Part shown: one piece after another, positions 39,616 to 50,643 of the stretch
How the letters are laid out: every line of letters starts with the position of its first letter
Position numbering within the stretch: position 1 is the first letter of the stretch
Source of the DNA: Halarcobacter sp.
GTDB taxonomy: Bacteria > Campylobacterota > Campylobacteria > Campylobacterales > Arcobacteraceae
Direction: 5' to 3'
Length of the DNA stretch: 64,000 nucleotides
Assembly (NCBI GenBank): GCA_963676565.1
Contig: OY781089.1
Span: 1,216,001 to 1,280,000, forward strand
Program-made: the position numbers and the translations under genes
Notes under the pieces: generated by a model
What the model saw: the letters and a program-made list of their open reading frames with translations, nothing else
Databases searched by the model: none
What the model was told of the DNA's origin: nothing

Positions 39616-40101
39616 ATGAGACAATATAGAACAGCTGATCTTTGTGATGAAAATCAAGATAAAAAAATTCAAGTATTATCCCACAAATTCAAAAACTATG
39701 GTGGAAAAAAAAGATTTAAAGGAAGAGTAAAAACTATTAAAATTGAAAAAAGTAATTGGGCAGTAATTGATGTGCTAAAAAATGAACCAGGTAAAAATAA
39801 AGTTTTAGTTATTGATGTGGAAGAAGCTCCTTATGGTATTGTTGGAGATAAATTATCTACTCTTGCAGAAAGAAATCAATATGAAGCTATGATTATAAAT
39901 GGATTTGTTAGAGATACAATGGAAACAAAAAAGTTTAATATTGGACTTTTTGCACTAGGGACTTGTCCTTTAAGAAATTTTGATAAAACGCCATCACAAT
40001 TAGGTATTGATTTATACTTTGGAAATGTTTCTTTTAAAGAAGATGATTATATATATTGTGATGAAGATGGAATTATTGTTTCAAATGAAAAGCTTATGTA
40101 A
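39616..40101 (+). CDS. rraA: RraA-like / HMG aldolase-family protein
   Basis: TADLCD, VLVID, GFVRD, DEDGIIV. Confidence 0.85.
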   Translation: MRQYRTADLCDENQDKKIQVLSHKFKNYGGKKRFKGRVKTIKIEKSNWAVIDVLKNEPGKNKVLVIDVEEAPYGIVGDKLSTLAERNQYEAMIINGFVRDTMETKKFNIGLFALGTCPLRNFDKTPSQLGIDLYFGNVSFKEDDYIYCDEDGIIVSNEKLM

Positions 40102-40258
40102 GACGTGCTTTCTTCTTTGCACTTAGTCTTCTAAATCCCAAATTAAACCTTATTTAAATACAATACGCTTTTAATAAATTGTTGGCAAAAGTGTGGTTGT
40201 AGTCGTTACAGCTTAATTAATTGATTAGGGTAGTTATTACTTAAGGAAAAAATAGATT

Positions 40259-40567
40259 ATGGAAGATAATGGAATAGAATTACTTGTTTTATTGGATATT
40301 TCAGGTTTAGAAGATAAACAAAGATTTGAAAAACATTTAAAAAGAGAAGGCTTTAAAACAGTTGAAGGGGAAGAGTTCGTTTATACAGCAAAATCTTCAA
40401 CTACAACTTTTTCTACAAAAGCTTATATTTTAGAAGTATTTAAAGAAGGTCTTAGAAAACAAGAGTTTAAAGGTAGTGCAAATATGGTTTTCTTACTTAA
40501 TGAAACACCATACCCAGCTTATTATTTTGATACAAATACAAATGAGTTTGAACTAGTAAAAGAGTAG
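40259..40567 (+). CDS. Hypothetical protein (possible Cas2/VapD-like fold)
   Basis: LLVLLDIS...HLKREGF...FVY pattern. Confidence 0.6.
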   Translation: MEDNGIELLVLLDISGLEDKQRFEKHLKREGFKTVEGEEFVYTAKSSTTTFSTKAYILEVFKEGLRKQEFKGSANMVFLLNETPYPAYYFDTNTNEFELVKE

Positions 40568-40569
40568 TA

Positions 40570-43557
40570 TTGAAAAATATATATGAATTTCTAAAGAATT
40601 TAAAAGATAATAAAGAGTTAAAAAGCTGCCAACTTTTACTTGTAAATGATGACAAACAAGCACAAGTTGCCAATGATATTATTTCATTTTTAGGGTTTGA
40701 ATCTTTTGTATTATCTGATTTTAGGGCAAATTTTGGTGATGACTTACTCTCTTTTAGTGAAGAGTTACAAAGTATTACTAAAACTCTAAATGATTATTAC
40801 TCTTATAAAAAAGAGAACAAAATCCTAATCTCACCAATTAGGACAGCATCTTTTCCTATGCCAAAGGATAGATGTTTTGATTCTTTTGAAATTTCATTTG
40901 CTGATACTTTAAAACTAGAAGAATTAAAAGATAAACTTCACAACTGGGGATACTATTTTGTTGATATAGTTACATCTGAAGCAGAGGTTTCAATAAGGGG
41001 AGATATCCTTGATATTTGCCCCCTTGGTAGTGAAAAAGGTTACAGGGTTTCACTTTTTGATGACGAGGTTGAATCAATTAGAGAGTTTGATATTGAAGAC
41101 CAAAAATCTTCAAAAGAGGAGATTGAATCTTTTAAAATAACCCCTGCCTTTTTAGCTTTAGATGAAGAAACTTTAGAAGAAATAAATGAGCAAATAGAAT
41201 TAGTTGAATCTGATGCTTTCATTAAAGATATACACTCTTTAGGTTTTTGGTATTTGGGAGAATTAGGTGAGTATTTACCACAAAAGTTAAACTCGTTTAT
41301 TACCCATGAAGCCTTAGATGAACTCAATGAAGTTTATGTTTTTGAAGATAAAAGATTAAACAAAGATAAGTTTTTAACTATCCCTCAAATTACATATTCA
41401 AAAGATTATCAGGAAATTGCTCCTGCTAATGTAAAAGAGTTTCTAAGCTTCCATGAGGGTAAAAAAGTAACTATTATCTCATCTTCTGAAGCAAAAGTAA
41501 AATCTTTTGATTTAGATCTTTCAAATGAAAAAATAAACTATGTATTTAATAATTCAATTATAAATTTAGTTTCAAATAGTGAAGTGATTATCTCATTAAA
41601 TAAAGAGATTAAAAAAAGAAGAAAAAAGAAAATTAAACTTGTGCTTGATGAACTACAAAATGGCGATTTTGTAGTTCATGAGAAACATGGTATTGGTCAG
41701 TACAAAGGGATAGAACCAGTTGTAGTTATGGGTGCAAAAAGAGATTTTGTAGTTGTAATGTATGCTGGCGATGACAAGCTTTTACTTCCAGTTGAAAATA
41801 TTGATTTAATAGATAGATATGTTGCAGATGGAAGCTCTTATGCTGTTGTTGATAAGCTTGGGAAAGGTAGCTTTGCCAAATTAAAAGAAAAAGTAAAAGA
41901 TAGACTTTTTGCCATAGCTAATGATATTATAAAAATAGCAGCTGCAAGGGAGCTTGTAAATGGTATCAAAATCAATACAGAAAAAAAGATTTTACAAGAT
42001 TTTCAAAATAGTGCAGGTTTCGAATATACAAAAGATCAAAAAAGAAGTGTTCGAGAGATTTTTGAAGATTTAAGTAGTGGTCGAGTAATGGATAGACTTT
42101 TAAGTGGTGATGTAGGTTTTGGTAAAACAGAAGTTGCTATGAATGCAATCCTTGCTACAGTTCTAGATGGTTATCAAGCTGTATTTGTTTGTCCAACTAC
42201 ACTTTTGGCATCACAACATTTCCATAGTATGCAAAAGAGGTTTAAAGATTTTGATATAAAAATGGCAAAACTTGATGGGCAATCAACAGCAAAAGAGAAA
42301 ACCCAAATTAAAAAAGATTTAGCAAGTGGAGAGTTGCAATTAGTTATAGGAACACACTCCCTACTTAGTGTAAAAACTCATAATTTAGCACTTGTGATAA
42401 TAGACGAAGAGCATAAATTTGGAGTAAAACAAAAAGAGAAATTAAAAGCATTAAGAGAAGATGTACATATCTTTTCTATGAGTGCAACCCCAATTCCTAG
42501 AACATTAAACTTAGCCCTTAGTAAATTAAAAGGTATGAGTTCACTTTTAACTCCTCCACAAGAAAGATTAGGGGTTAGAACCTATGTAAAAGAGTATAGT
42601 GATAAACTTATAAAAGAGATTATTTTAAGGGAAAAAAGAAGGGGTGGACAACTTTTTTATGTACACAATAATATAGCTTCAATAGATGCAAAAAAAGCAG
42701 ATATAGAAGAGATTGTACCAAATATAAAGATTGAAATAATTCACTCAAAAATAAAACCAGCAGATGCTGAAAAAATTGTTGAAAAATTTGACAATAAAGA
42801 GTTTGATATTCTTTTAGCTACTTCTATTGTAGAGTCTGGTCTTCACCTTCCAAATGCAAACTCAATAATAATTGATGGAGCAGATAGATTTGGTATTGCA
42901 GATTTACACCAATTAAGAGGAAGAGTTGGAAGAAGTGATAAAGAGGGCTTTTGTTATTATGTAGTTGAAGATAAAAAGAAAATTACAAATGATGCTATAA
43001 AAAGACTTGTTGCATTGGAATCAAACTCATATTTAGGAAGTGGTACAGCTTTAGCCCATCAAGATTTAGAAATTAGAGGTGGGGGAAATATTATTGGTGA
43101 AGCTCAAAGTGGTCATATCAAACAAATTGGTTATGGCTTATATCTTAAGATGTTAGAAGATGCACTTGCAACCCTTAGTGGAGATACAAAAGAGGAAGCT
43201 AAAGCCGTTGATATTAAACTAGCAATTTCAGCATATATTAGTAGTGATTATATAGTTGAAGATAGAGTAAGACTTGAACTTTATAGAAGACTTTCAAAAT
43301 GTAAAGGAAAAGATGAAGTTTATGTTATAGAAGAAGAGATGGAGGATAGATTTGGAAAACCTGATACTCCAACAAAACAGTTCTTAGAACTTATTATTAT
43401 AAAAATCCTTGCCATTGCAAAAGGGATTAAGACAATTAGTTCATATGAGATGAATATCACTTTTACAAAATCTGATGATATAAAAGAGACAATAAAAAGT
43501 TCTAGTAAAGACGATGATGATATTATCTCTTCCACTTTACAGTATTTAAGAAAGTAA
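40570..43557 (+). CDS. mfd: Transcription-repair coupling factor
   Basis: VVHEKHGIG, GDVGFGKT, DEEH, HQLRGRVGRS, TRCF C-terminus. Confidence 0.95.
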   Translation: MKNIYEFLKNLKDNKELKSCQLLLVNDDKQAQVANDIISFLGFESFVLSDFRANFGDDLLSFSEELQSITKTLNDYYSYKKENKILISPIRTASFPMPKDRCFDSFEISFADTLKLEELKDKLHNWGYYFVDIVTSEAEVSIRGDILDICPLGSEKGYRVSLFDDEVESIREFDIEDQKSSKEEIESFKITPAFLALDEETLEEINEQIELVESDAFIKDIHSLGFWYLGELGEYLPQKLNSFITHEALDELNEVYVFEDKRLNKDKFLTIPQITYSKDYQEIAPANVKEFLSFHEGKKVTIISSSEAKVKSFDLDLSNEKINYVFNNSIINLVSNSEVIISLNKEIKKRRKKKIKLVLDELQNGDFVVHEKHGIGQYKGIEPVVVMGAKRDFVVVMYAGDDKLLLPVENIDLIDRYVADGSSYAVVDKLGKGSFAKLKEKVKDRLFAIANDIIKIAAARELVNGIKINTEKKILQDFQNSAGFEYTKDQKRSVREIFEDLSSGRVMDRLLSGDVGFGKTEVAMNAILATVLDGYQAVFVCPTTLLASQHFHSMQKRFKDFDIKMAKLDGQSTAKEKTQIKKDLASGELQLVIGTHSLLSVKTHNLALVIIDEEHKFGVKQKEKLKALREDVHIFSMSATPIPRTLNLALSKLKGMSSLLTPPQERLGVRTYVKEYSDKLIKEIILREKRRGGQLFYVHNNIASIDAKKADIEEIVPNIKIEIIHSKIKPADAEKIVEKFDNKEFDILLATSIVESGLHLPNANSIIIDGADRFGIADLHQLRGRVGRSDKEGFCYYVVEDKKKITNDAIKRLVALESNSYLGSGTALAHQDLEIRGGGNIIGEAQSGHIKQIGYGLYLKMLEDALATLSGDTKEEAKAVDIKLAISAYISSDYIVEDRVRLELYRRLSKCKGKDEVYVIEEEMEDRFGKPDTPTKQFLELIIIKILAIAKGIKTISSYEMNITFTKSDDIKETIKSSSKDDDDIISSTLQYLRK

Positions 43558-43662
43558 TAATTAATTATTTCCTTAAGTTATACCACTTTTTAATATGGTA
43601 TAATCGTGACACTTATAAATCTAAATACAGTTTTATTCTATTTGTAAAAGGGAAGGGGTACA

Positions 43663-46647
43663 ATGAAAATAAGGCTTTTGTTTCTATTCGTACTATCTTC
43701 AATTATAATTGTAGTATTAACTTTTTTTTATATTGAGTATGACAAAAATAGACAACTTAAAAAAGTTACAAAAGATTATGTTAAAGCATATAACACAGTA
43801 TATAATGACCAAAAAGAATTAAGCTATGTAATATTAAAAAACTTTTTAGACTTAGGACATATACGAAATAGACTTTATGATTTTGACAAATTACCTAAAA
43901 ATATGCAAGATTATATAAGAAAGGTAACTTATAAAGAGTTAGAAAATAGATACAATGAGTTTAAGTTCTTAGGTATTAGACAAGTTCATATTCATCTTCC
44001 TGATAATACAAGTTTTTTAAGAATGCATTTTCCTTCAAAATATGGAGATAATTTAACAGGTATAAGACCAACTGTTGAGTATGTAAATAAAAATAAAAAA
44101 CCCATTGATACCTTTGAAGAAGGTCGTGTTCAATATGGCTTAAGATTTGTGTATCCAGTTTTTAGAGATCAAGAACATGTTGGAAGTATTGAAATCTCAT
44201 TTGGTGCTTATGCTCTTATCTCAAAGCTAATAAATGAATATGGTGTTTTAAGTAATTTTTTCATTAAAAAATCAATAGTTCATGATAAAACCTTTGACTT
44301 TTCTGCTACTAGATATATAAGTTCACAACATGAAGATTATTATTTAGATAAAGAGATAGTTGATAAACTAAAAGAGGTTTCAAAAGTAAACTATGTAAAA
44401 CTTCTCCCTTCCAAAAAGATAATAAATCAAATTAGAGAAATTGGTTCAGGAGACAAACCCTCATCTATATATGTTGAATCTTTTAATTCAATTATTACCG
44501 TAATTCCAATATTTAATAAGTTGACAAAGGAAAATGTAGCTTTTATAACAATCAGAAGTAATGATACAGTTATAAAAAGTTCTACGATTTATGCTTATAT
44601 AACTATGATTGGGACAATTTTTTCCCTTGCTTTAATTACATATATCTTTTTTATTATTAGTTCTAAGGAAAGATTGTTTAAATCTATGCTTAAGTATTCA
44701 AGTGAAGAGGTTTTTATATTAGATTTAGATGGTAATTTAATTGATTGCTCTTTGAAAGCAGCTAAGAAATTAGGTTACTCAATGGATACTATGAAAACTT
44801 TAAATGTAAGCCATTGGGATAAAGATATGTCCATAGAAGATTTTAAAAAAGTTGCAGAAACATTAGGGGAAGAGCCTAAAACTTTTAGAAAGATATTTAC
44901 AAAAAGAAATGGGTTTACCTATGATGCAGAGATAAGTACAAATTTATTTGATATTGATGGAAAAAAAGTAATCTATTCTTCTGTTAGAGATATCTCTGAA
45001 CAAAATAGAATATTAGAGGTTTTAGATTATGAACGAAACAAGTATAGAAATATATTAGAGCTCTCTTCAGATGGTATCCATATTCTTGATAGAGAAGGAA
45101 GATTAGTAGAGTTCTCAAAAACCTTTGCCCAAAACCTTGGATATACAAGTGAAGAGTTAAAAGAGCTTAGTGTTTTTGATTGGGATGTTGGACTTTCTTA
45201 TGATGAGTTAGTTAAAAGAACAAAAGACTTAATAGAAAATCCTGATACCTTTGAAACAAAACATATAAGAAAAGATGGTTCAGTTTTTGATGTTCAAATC
45301 TCCGCTAAGGATATTGAAATTGAAGGGGAACATTATCTTTATGCTTCCCAGCGAGACATAAGTGTATTAAAAAATAAAGAAAAAGAGATTAATGATATAA
45401 ATAAAAAACAAAAATCTTTACTCTCTTTATTTGAGAAGGGTGATTCTGTTTTATTTAAGTGGAAAAATGATGATACTTGGACAACTGAGTATGTATCTTC
45501 AAATGTAAAAAATCTTTTAGGATTTCCAAAAGAGGAGTTTTTGTCTGGGAAGGTTAAATATATTGGTTGTATCCATGAAGATGATTTTAAAAAGCTTAAA
45601 AATGAAGTTGATTCTAGTATTAGAAAAAATAAAGACTTTTTTAAACATTCTCCTTATAGGATTATTACAAAAGAGGGGAAAATAAAATGGATATTAGATT
45701 ATACAGTTACAGAAAAAAATAGCAATGGTGAAATAGAGTACTTTATTAGTTATTTAATAGATATTTCTGAACATGAAAATCTTATGTCAAATCTTGAAAA
45801 ATTTGTTGATGCTCAAGAAAACTTAATCATCCTAAGTAATGGTGAAGAAATATCATATGCAAATAAAAAGTTTTTTGACTTTTTTGGCTTTAGTGATTTG
45901 GATAACTTCCACAAAAATCATAATTGTGTATGCGAAAGATTCTTAGAAAATGAGAAATTTTTCCATCCAGGGAAAATTGAAGCTTCTCAAAAATGGATTG
46001 AAGAAATAGAAAAATTACCTGACAATAAAAAAGTTGTCTCTATGTTAAGTAAAAATCTTGAAGTTCATGCCTTTTTTGTAAATGTAAATAAATTTGATGA
46101 AAATCTTTTAATTGTAAGTTTTACTGATATTACCCAAACTATGATAGAGCAAATTGCCCTTGAAGAGAAAATTGTTCATGACCAGTTAACTGGCGCATAC
46201 AATAGAGAATATTTTGAAAAAAATTACAAATTACTTTTACAAAAATATAAAAAAGATGGCTTACTTGCCTTGGCTTTTTTAGATATTGATTACTTTAAAA
46301 AAGTAAATGATATGTTTGGACATGATATTGGGGATAAGGTTTTAATTAAATTTGTTGAAACTATAAATAAACACTCTAGAGAATACGATATCTTAATTAG
46401 ATGGGGTGGTGAGGAGTTTATTTTAATACTAAAACTAAATAAAGAAGAAGACTTATTTAGAATCTTAGATAAATTAAGAAAAATTATTGAAACAACTTAT
46501 TTCCCTCAAGTTGATACTATGACTTGTTCAATGGGTGCAACTATTCATAAAGATAATGAAAGTATCTATAAAACAATTAAAAGAGCAGACAAAGCAGTTT
46601 ATGATGCAAAAGCTCAAGGAAGAAATAAAGTTATTATTGATATTTAA
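43663..46647 (+). CDS. Cache-multi-PAS diguanylate cyclase
   Basis: TM-Cache-TM, several PAS domains, RWGGEEF. Confidence 0.9.
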   Translation: MKIRLLFLFVLSSIIIVVLTFFYIEYDKNRQLKKVTKDYVKAYNTVYNDQKELSYVILKNFLDLGHIRNRLYDFDKLPKNMQDYIRKVTYKELENRYNEFKFLGIRQVHIHLPDNTSFLRMHFPSKYGDNLTGIRPTVEYVNKNKKPIDTFEEGRVQYGLRFVYPVFRDQEHVGSIEISFGAYALISKLINEYGVLSNFFIKKSIVHDKTFDFSATRYISSQHEDYYLDKEIVDKLKEVSKVNYVKLLPSKKIINQIREIGSGDKPSSIYVESFNSIITVIPIFNKLTKENVAFITIRSNDTVIKSSTIYAYITMIGTIFSLALITYIFFIISSKERLFKSMLKYSSEEVFILDLDGNLIDCSLKAAKKLGYSMDTMKTLNVSHWDKDMSIEDFKKVAETLGEEPKTFRKIFTKRNGFTYDAEISTNLFDIDGKKVIYSSVRDISEQNRILEVLDYERNKYRNILELSSDGIHILDREGRLVEFSKTFAQNLGYTSEELKELSVFDWDVGLSYDELVKRTKDLIENPDTFETKHIRKDGSVFDVQISAKDIEIEGEHYLYASQRDISVLKNKEKEINDINKKQKSLLSLFEKGDSVLFKWKNDDTWTTEYVSSNVKNLLGFPKEEFLSGKVKYIGCIHEDDFKKLKNEVDSSIRKNKDFFKHSPYRIITKEGKIKWILDYTVTEKNSNGEIEYFISYLIDISEHENLMSNLEKFVDAQENLIILSNGEEISYANKKFFDFFGFSDLDNFHKNHNCVCERFLENEKFFHPGKIEASQKWIEEIEKLPDNKKVVSMLSKNLEVHAFFVNVNKFDENLLIVSFTDITQTMIEQIALEEKIVHDQLTGAYNREYFEKNYKLLLQKYKKDGLLALAFLDIDYFKKVNDMFGHDIGDKVLIKFVETINKHSREYDILIRWGGEEFILILKLNKEEDLFRILDKLRKIIETTYFPQVDTMTCSMGATIHKDNESIYKTIKRADKAVYDAKAQGRNKVIIDI

Positions 46648-46667
46648 AGAGTATTGTTAATATCAAA

Positions 46668-46985
46668 TTAACAACACTCTTGTTCACATTTATTTAGGGC
46701 ATTAAGTCCTTGTTCATCTTCAGCTTTTTCAAATAGCTCATCTAAATAAAAACTATTAGAACAAACCAAATAAAGTAAAGCCTCTTTTTCATCATCCTTT
46801 GGGTCTCTAGTATAATAAGCTTTTGGAATCATAGGAATTACTTTTTTCCAATAAATATTCATATTCTTTGGATTTTCTAATACCCTTAACATATTGTCAA
46901 TTACTACACAAGCATTTTCAAAACAGTCTATGTTTTTAAAACTTATATAACTTTCATCAACTCTTATTTGATTGTTTGACATCAC
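46668..46985 (-). CDS. Hypothetical protein
   Basis: RBS AAGGAG; ends CEQECC. Confidence 0.7.
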   Translation of the reverse strand: MMSNNQIRVDESYISFKNIDCFENACVVIDNMLRVLENPKNMNIYWKKVIPMIPKAYYTRDPKDDEKEALLYLVCSNSFYLDELFEKAEDEQGLNALNKCEQECC

Positions 46986-47086
46986 TTCTCCTTGTTATAT
47001 TTATATACAATTATATATTTCTATGTGTATATTTACTATGTTATAATATGAATAATTAGTGACATTTTACGAAAATTGTAGGAAAT

Positions 47087-48091
47087 ATGGCAGAGGTATC
47101 AAGTTTAACTTTTCATTATGTATTAAAATCTTTAGAAAAAATAACAACTATAAAAATTGAGGAGATGCTTCATATAGCTGATATTTCATCTGAAGTTATA
47201 TCAAGTCATGAAAGTAAAATTGATAGTAATAAATTATCATTGATTTTTAGATATTGTGCCAAAAAATCAAATAATCCATATCTAGCTTTACATATAGGTC
47301 AAGCAAGTTCATATCAATCATTAGGGATTTTAGGTTATTTGCTTCTAAATACAAAAAACTTAAAAGAGATAATTGAAAAATTTAATACATACCAAAGATT
47401 AATAAGTGGATATTTCAAGTTTCATTTTAATGATGATGGAACATATTATAAGTTAGCAATTTATATAAATGAAAATCCAATGATACCAGTTCCTAGTTTT
47501 CATGCTCAGGTTCATCTATCTTCACTTGTTTCAATTCTTTCACAAATATTAGGTGAAAAAGTTATCCCTGATTTTACTTGTTTTTCTCAAAAAGAGGAAA
47601 AAAATCTTCATGAGTATAGAAAAATATTTGGAAATAATATTTGCTTTGAAAAGCAAGAAAATGCAATTTTCTTTAAAAAAGATAGATTAGATATCCCTGT
47701 AAAAAACTCAAATGCCTCTATGTTAGAGTATTTTGAAAAACAAGCAAATAAAATCTTAGATGAACAAAAACAAGAATCCTGGTATTTTAAAGTTGAAAAG
47801 GAGATATTTAAAAATATTGGTGTAAATGATATCACAATTGATATGATCTCAAAAAATTTAAATGTTACACCAAGAACTTTACAAAATTATTTAAAAGCAG
47901 AATCAAAAACTTTTCGAAAAGCTTTAGATAGTATTAGACAAAAACTAGCAAATCATTATATAAATAATACAAAAATGGACTTAGGAACAATCTCTATCTT
48001 TTTAGGATATAGTGAACCAAGTTCTTTTTTTAGAGCTTATAAAAGATGGAATAAAAAAACTCCAAAGCAAAGCAAAATAGCATCTTGTTAA
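47087..48091 (+). CDS. AraC-family regulator
   Basis: TPRTLQNYL, LGYSEPSSFFRAYKRW. Confidence 0.9.
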   Translation: MAEVSSLTFHYVLKSLEKITTIKIEEMLHIADISSEVISSHESKIDSNKLSLIFRYCAKKSNNPYLALHIGQASSYQSLGILGYLLLNTKNLKEIIEKFNTYQRLISGYFKFHFNDDGTYYKLAIYINENPMIPVPSFHAQVHLSSLVSILSQILGEKVIPDFTCFSQKEEKNLHEYRKIFGNNICFEKQENAIFFKKDRLDIPVKNSNASMLEYFEKQANKILDEQKQESWYFKVEKEIFKNIGVNDITIDMISKNLNVTPRTLQNYLKAESKTFRKALDSIRQKLANHYINNTKMDLGTISIFLGYSEPSSFFRAYKRWNKKTPKQSKIASC

Positions 48092-48171
48092 AATTACGTT
48101 AATATAGAATTAAAATACCATTAAAAGCTTAGTGTCATAATTTCATTGTAAGAAATAAAAAAGGATTTACA

Positions 48172-48723
48172 ATGAAAAGAAAAATTTTAGCAACGGTAGC
48201 TTTAACTACTTTATTAGGAACAGGACTTTACTCAGCAGGATGTAACTTTCAAGGCCAAAATATGCAAGGAATGTATGGAATGCAAGGTCAAGGTCAAGGT
48301 ATGAAAGGTATGAATAATATGCAAGGTATTAAAGGGATGAAAGGAAATAAATCTTGCGGTATGTCAAAAAAAGGTTCAAAAGGTTCAAGAAATTCTGTTA
48401 TGAATATTTTTAAAAAATTAAATCTATCTCCAGACCAATATATGAAAATGGCACAAATTAGACAAGAAGTATTTAAAAAATATGCAACTTTTACTAATGT
48501 AGCTTTTACAAAAGATTCATTTGATAAAGCAAAATATATTGAAATAATGAAACAAAAAAGAGATAATATGATAGAATCAAAAGCTGAAATGGTAGAAAAA
48601 TCATATGCATTATTAACTCCTGAGCAAAAAGAGCAATTTAAAGTTCTTTTAGATTTAAGAGAGGAAAGAAGAAGCACAATGATGCAAAATAGACCGTATA
48701 TGAAAAAAGGAATGAATTTTTGA
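48172..48723 (+). CDS. Spy/CpxP-family periplasmic protein
   Basis: LNLSPDQ, LLTPEQ; Met/Gly-rich N-terminus. Confidence 0.85.
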   Translation: MKRKILATVALTTLLGTGLYSAGCNFQGQNMQGMYGMQGQGQGMKGMNNMQGIKGMKGNKSCGMSKKGSKGSRNSVMNIFKKLNLSPDQYMKMAQIRQEVFKKYATFTNVAFTKDSFDKAKYIEIMKQKRDNMIESKAEMVEKSYALLTPEQKEQFKVLLDLREERRSTMMQNRPYMKKGMNF

Positions 48724-49409
48724 TAAAAATTGCAATGGTTGAAGATGATTTAGAACTTGCAGATGTTTTAACTCAATACTTAAAGCAATACAATATTGAA
48801 GTAACAAACTATGAGGAGCCTTTCTTGGCTCTTAGTAGTTTGAAGTTCAATAAATATGATTTGATTATATTAGATCTAACTCTTCCAGGAATGGATGGGC
48901 TTGATGTTTGTAAACTTATTGTAAAAGATTATGATATACCAATAATCATTTCAAGTGCAAGAAGTGATATAACTGATAAAGTAACAGCACTTCAATTAGG
49001 TGCTGATGATTATCTTCCAAAACCTTATGATCCAAGGGAGTTAGAGGTAAGAATTAAAACGATTCTTAGAAGATTTAATTCAAATCATGAAGATTCAGCT
49101 TCTCCCCAAGAAAAAGTAAAATTATTTAATTTAGATATTGAAAAAAGAGAAATTACAAAAAATGGAGAATATCTTAAGCTAACTGCTGCAGAGTATGAGG
49201 TTTTATCTTTAATGTTAAAAAGAGAGGGTTTTATAATAAGCCGAGAAGAGATTTTTGATAATGCAGATTTACTAAATTCAGACTTTGAAAGTTCAGGTTC
49301 TCTAGCTGTTATTATAAATAGAATAAGACATAAAATAGAAAATAACCCAAAAGAACCTAAATATTTACATACAATAAGAGGAATGGGGTATAAATTTACA
49401 AATGAATAG
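48720..49409 (+). CDS. OmpR-family response regulator
   Basis: LDLTLPGMDG, TIRGMGY. Confidence 0.9.
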   Translation: MIKIAMVEDDLELADVLTQYLKQYNIEVTNYEEPFLALSSLKFNKYDLIILDLTLPGMDGLDVCKLIVKDYDIPIIISSARSDITDKVTALQLGADDYLPKPYDPRELEVRIKTILRRFNSNHEDSASPQEKVKLFNLDIEKREITKNGEYLKLTAAEYEVLSLMLKREGFIISREEIFDNADLLNSDFESSGSLAVIINRIRHKIENNPKEPKYLHTIRGMGYKFTNE

Positions 49410-50643
49410 ACAATCGATATTTTTTACCCTGACAATAAGTTTTTTAATAAGTATTATTTTAGTTGTTATAAGTTTTGGAATTTTGATGATAGGAAACCAA
49501 AAAAGATTGGACCATCATCTAGTAGACAAATATAGACCTCTTACAAAAATGCTTATGAGAAAAGAGTTTAGACAAGGTGGTTTAGATGAATTATTCGCAC
49601 AAGATTTAAAAAGATTTAATTATCTTCTATATTTAGACCAAAATAAAATTAATGCAATAACATATAATCCAAAAACAAAAGTAATCGCACAAAGACAATT
49701 TAATGATATATTATTTAGAGTATTACAATTAAACGACAAACAGTTTTTATATTTAAAAAAGAATAACAAAACTTTTTTTGTAGAAGATAAAAATGAGATT
49801 ACCAAAACTTCTAAAACATATATAATTTTAGGATTTGTGATAATCTTATTAACCTTGATTCTTTCATTTATTGTTACACTTAGAAAATTGATGCCATTAA
49901 AACTTTTAAAAGAAAAAGTTAACACCTTAGGTGATGAAAATTTTGATTTTGAATGTTGTAATATGGATGGTAAAGATGAGGTTTCACAGCTTGCTAGAGA
50001 GTTTAAAAATAGTGCAAAAAAACTTAAAGATATAAAAGAAGCTAGAAATGTATTTATTAGAAATATTATGCATGAACTTAAAACACCTATTACCAAAGGG
50101 AAGTTTTTAGCAGAACTTGAAAAAAGCCAAGAAAATGATGAAAAATTAAAAGAGGTTTTCAATAGACTAGAAGCTTTAATCAACGAGTTTGCTTCAATTG
50201 AAGAATTAATTTCTTCGAATAAAAATATTGATAAAAAACACTATTTTTTAAATGATATTATGGACAATGTAAAAGATATTTTGATGATTGAAGACGAGGA
50301 GATTATAAGTTCATATGATAATAAAAAATATGAAGTTAATTTTAAACTATTTTCAATAGCAGTTAAAAATTTAATCGATAATGCCATTAAATATAGTGAT
50401 GATAAAAAAGTAGAAGTAAAAACTGATGGGAACGATATCTTATTTATAAACAGTGGTAAAGAGCTTGAATATGAGCTTGAACAGTATTATGAACCATTCT
50501 TTGCAAATGAAGAAAAAAGAAAAAACTCTTTTGGTTTAGGTTTATATATTATCCATAATATTTTAAAAGCAAATGGATATACACTGTTTTATGAATACAA
50601 AGATGGGAAAAATATCTTCATATGCAAAAAGGATGAAGAATAA
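49402..50643 (+). CDS. ArsS-like sensor histidine kinase
   Basis: HAMP (DEVSQLA), MHELKTPI, FGLGL. Confidence 0.9.
   Translation: MNRQSIFFTLTISFLISIILVVISFGILMIGNQKRLDHHLVDKYRPLTKMLMRKEFRQGGLDELFAQDLKRFNYLLYLDQNKINAITYNPKTKVIAQRQFNDILFRVLQLNDKQFLYLKKNNKTFFVEDKNEITKTSKTYIILGFVIILLTLILSFIVTLRKLMPLKLLKEKVNTLGDENFDFECCNMDGKDEVSQLAREFKNSAKKLKDIKEARNVFIRNIMHELKTPITKGKFLAELEKSQENDEKLKEVFNRLEALINEFASIEELISSNKNIDKKHYFLNDIMDNVKDILMIEDEEIISSYDNKKYEVNFKLFSIAVKNLIDNAIKYSDDKKVEVKTDGNDILFINSGKELEYELEQYYEPFFANEEKRKNSFGLGLYIIHNILKANGYTLFYEYKDGKNIFICKKDEE

Noticed and set aside
40102..40567. CRISPR-Cas locus near the Cas2-like ORF
   Set aside because: No repeat-spacer array or other cas genes seen in the window
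48258..48345. atgcaagg/atgaaagg short repeats
   Set aside because: Encode the Met/Gly-rich region of the Spy/CpxP protein; not an independent DNA repeat
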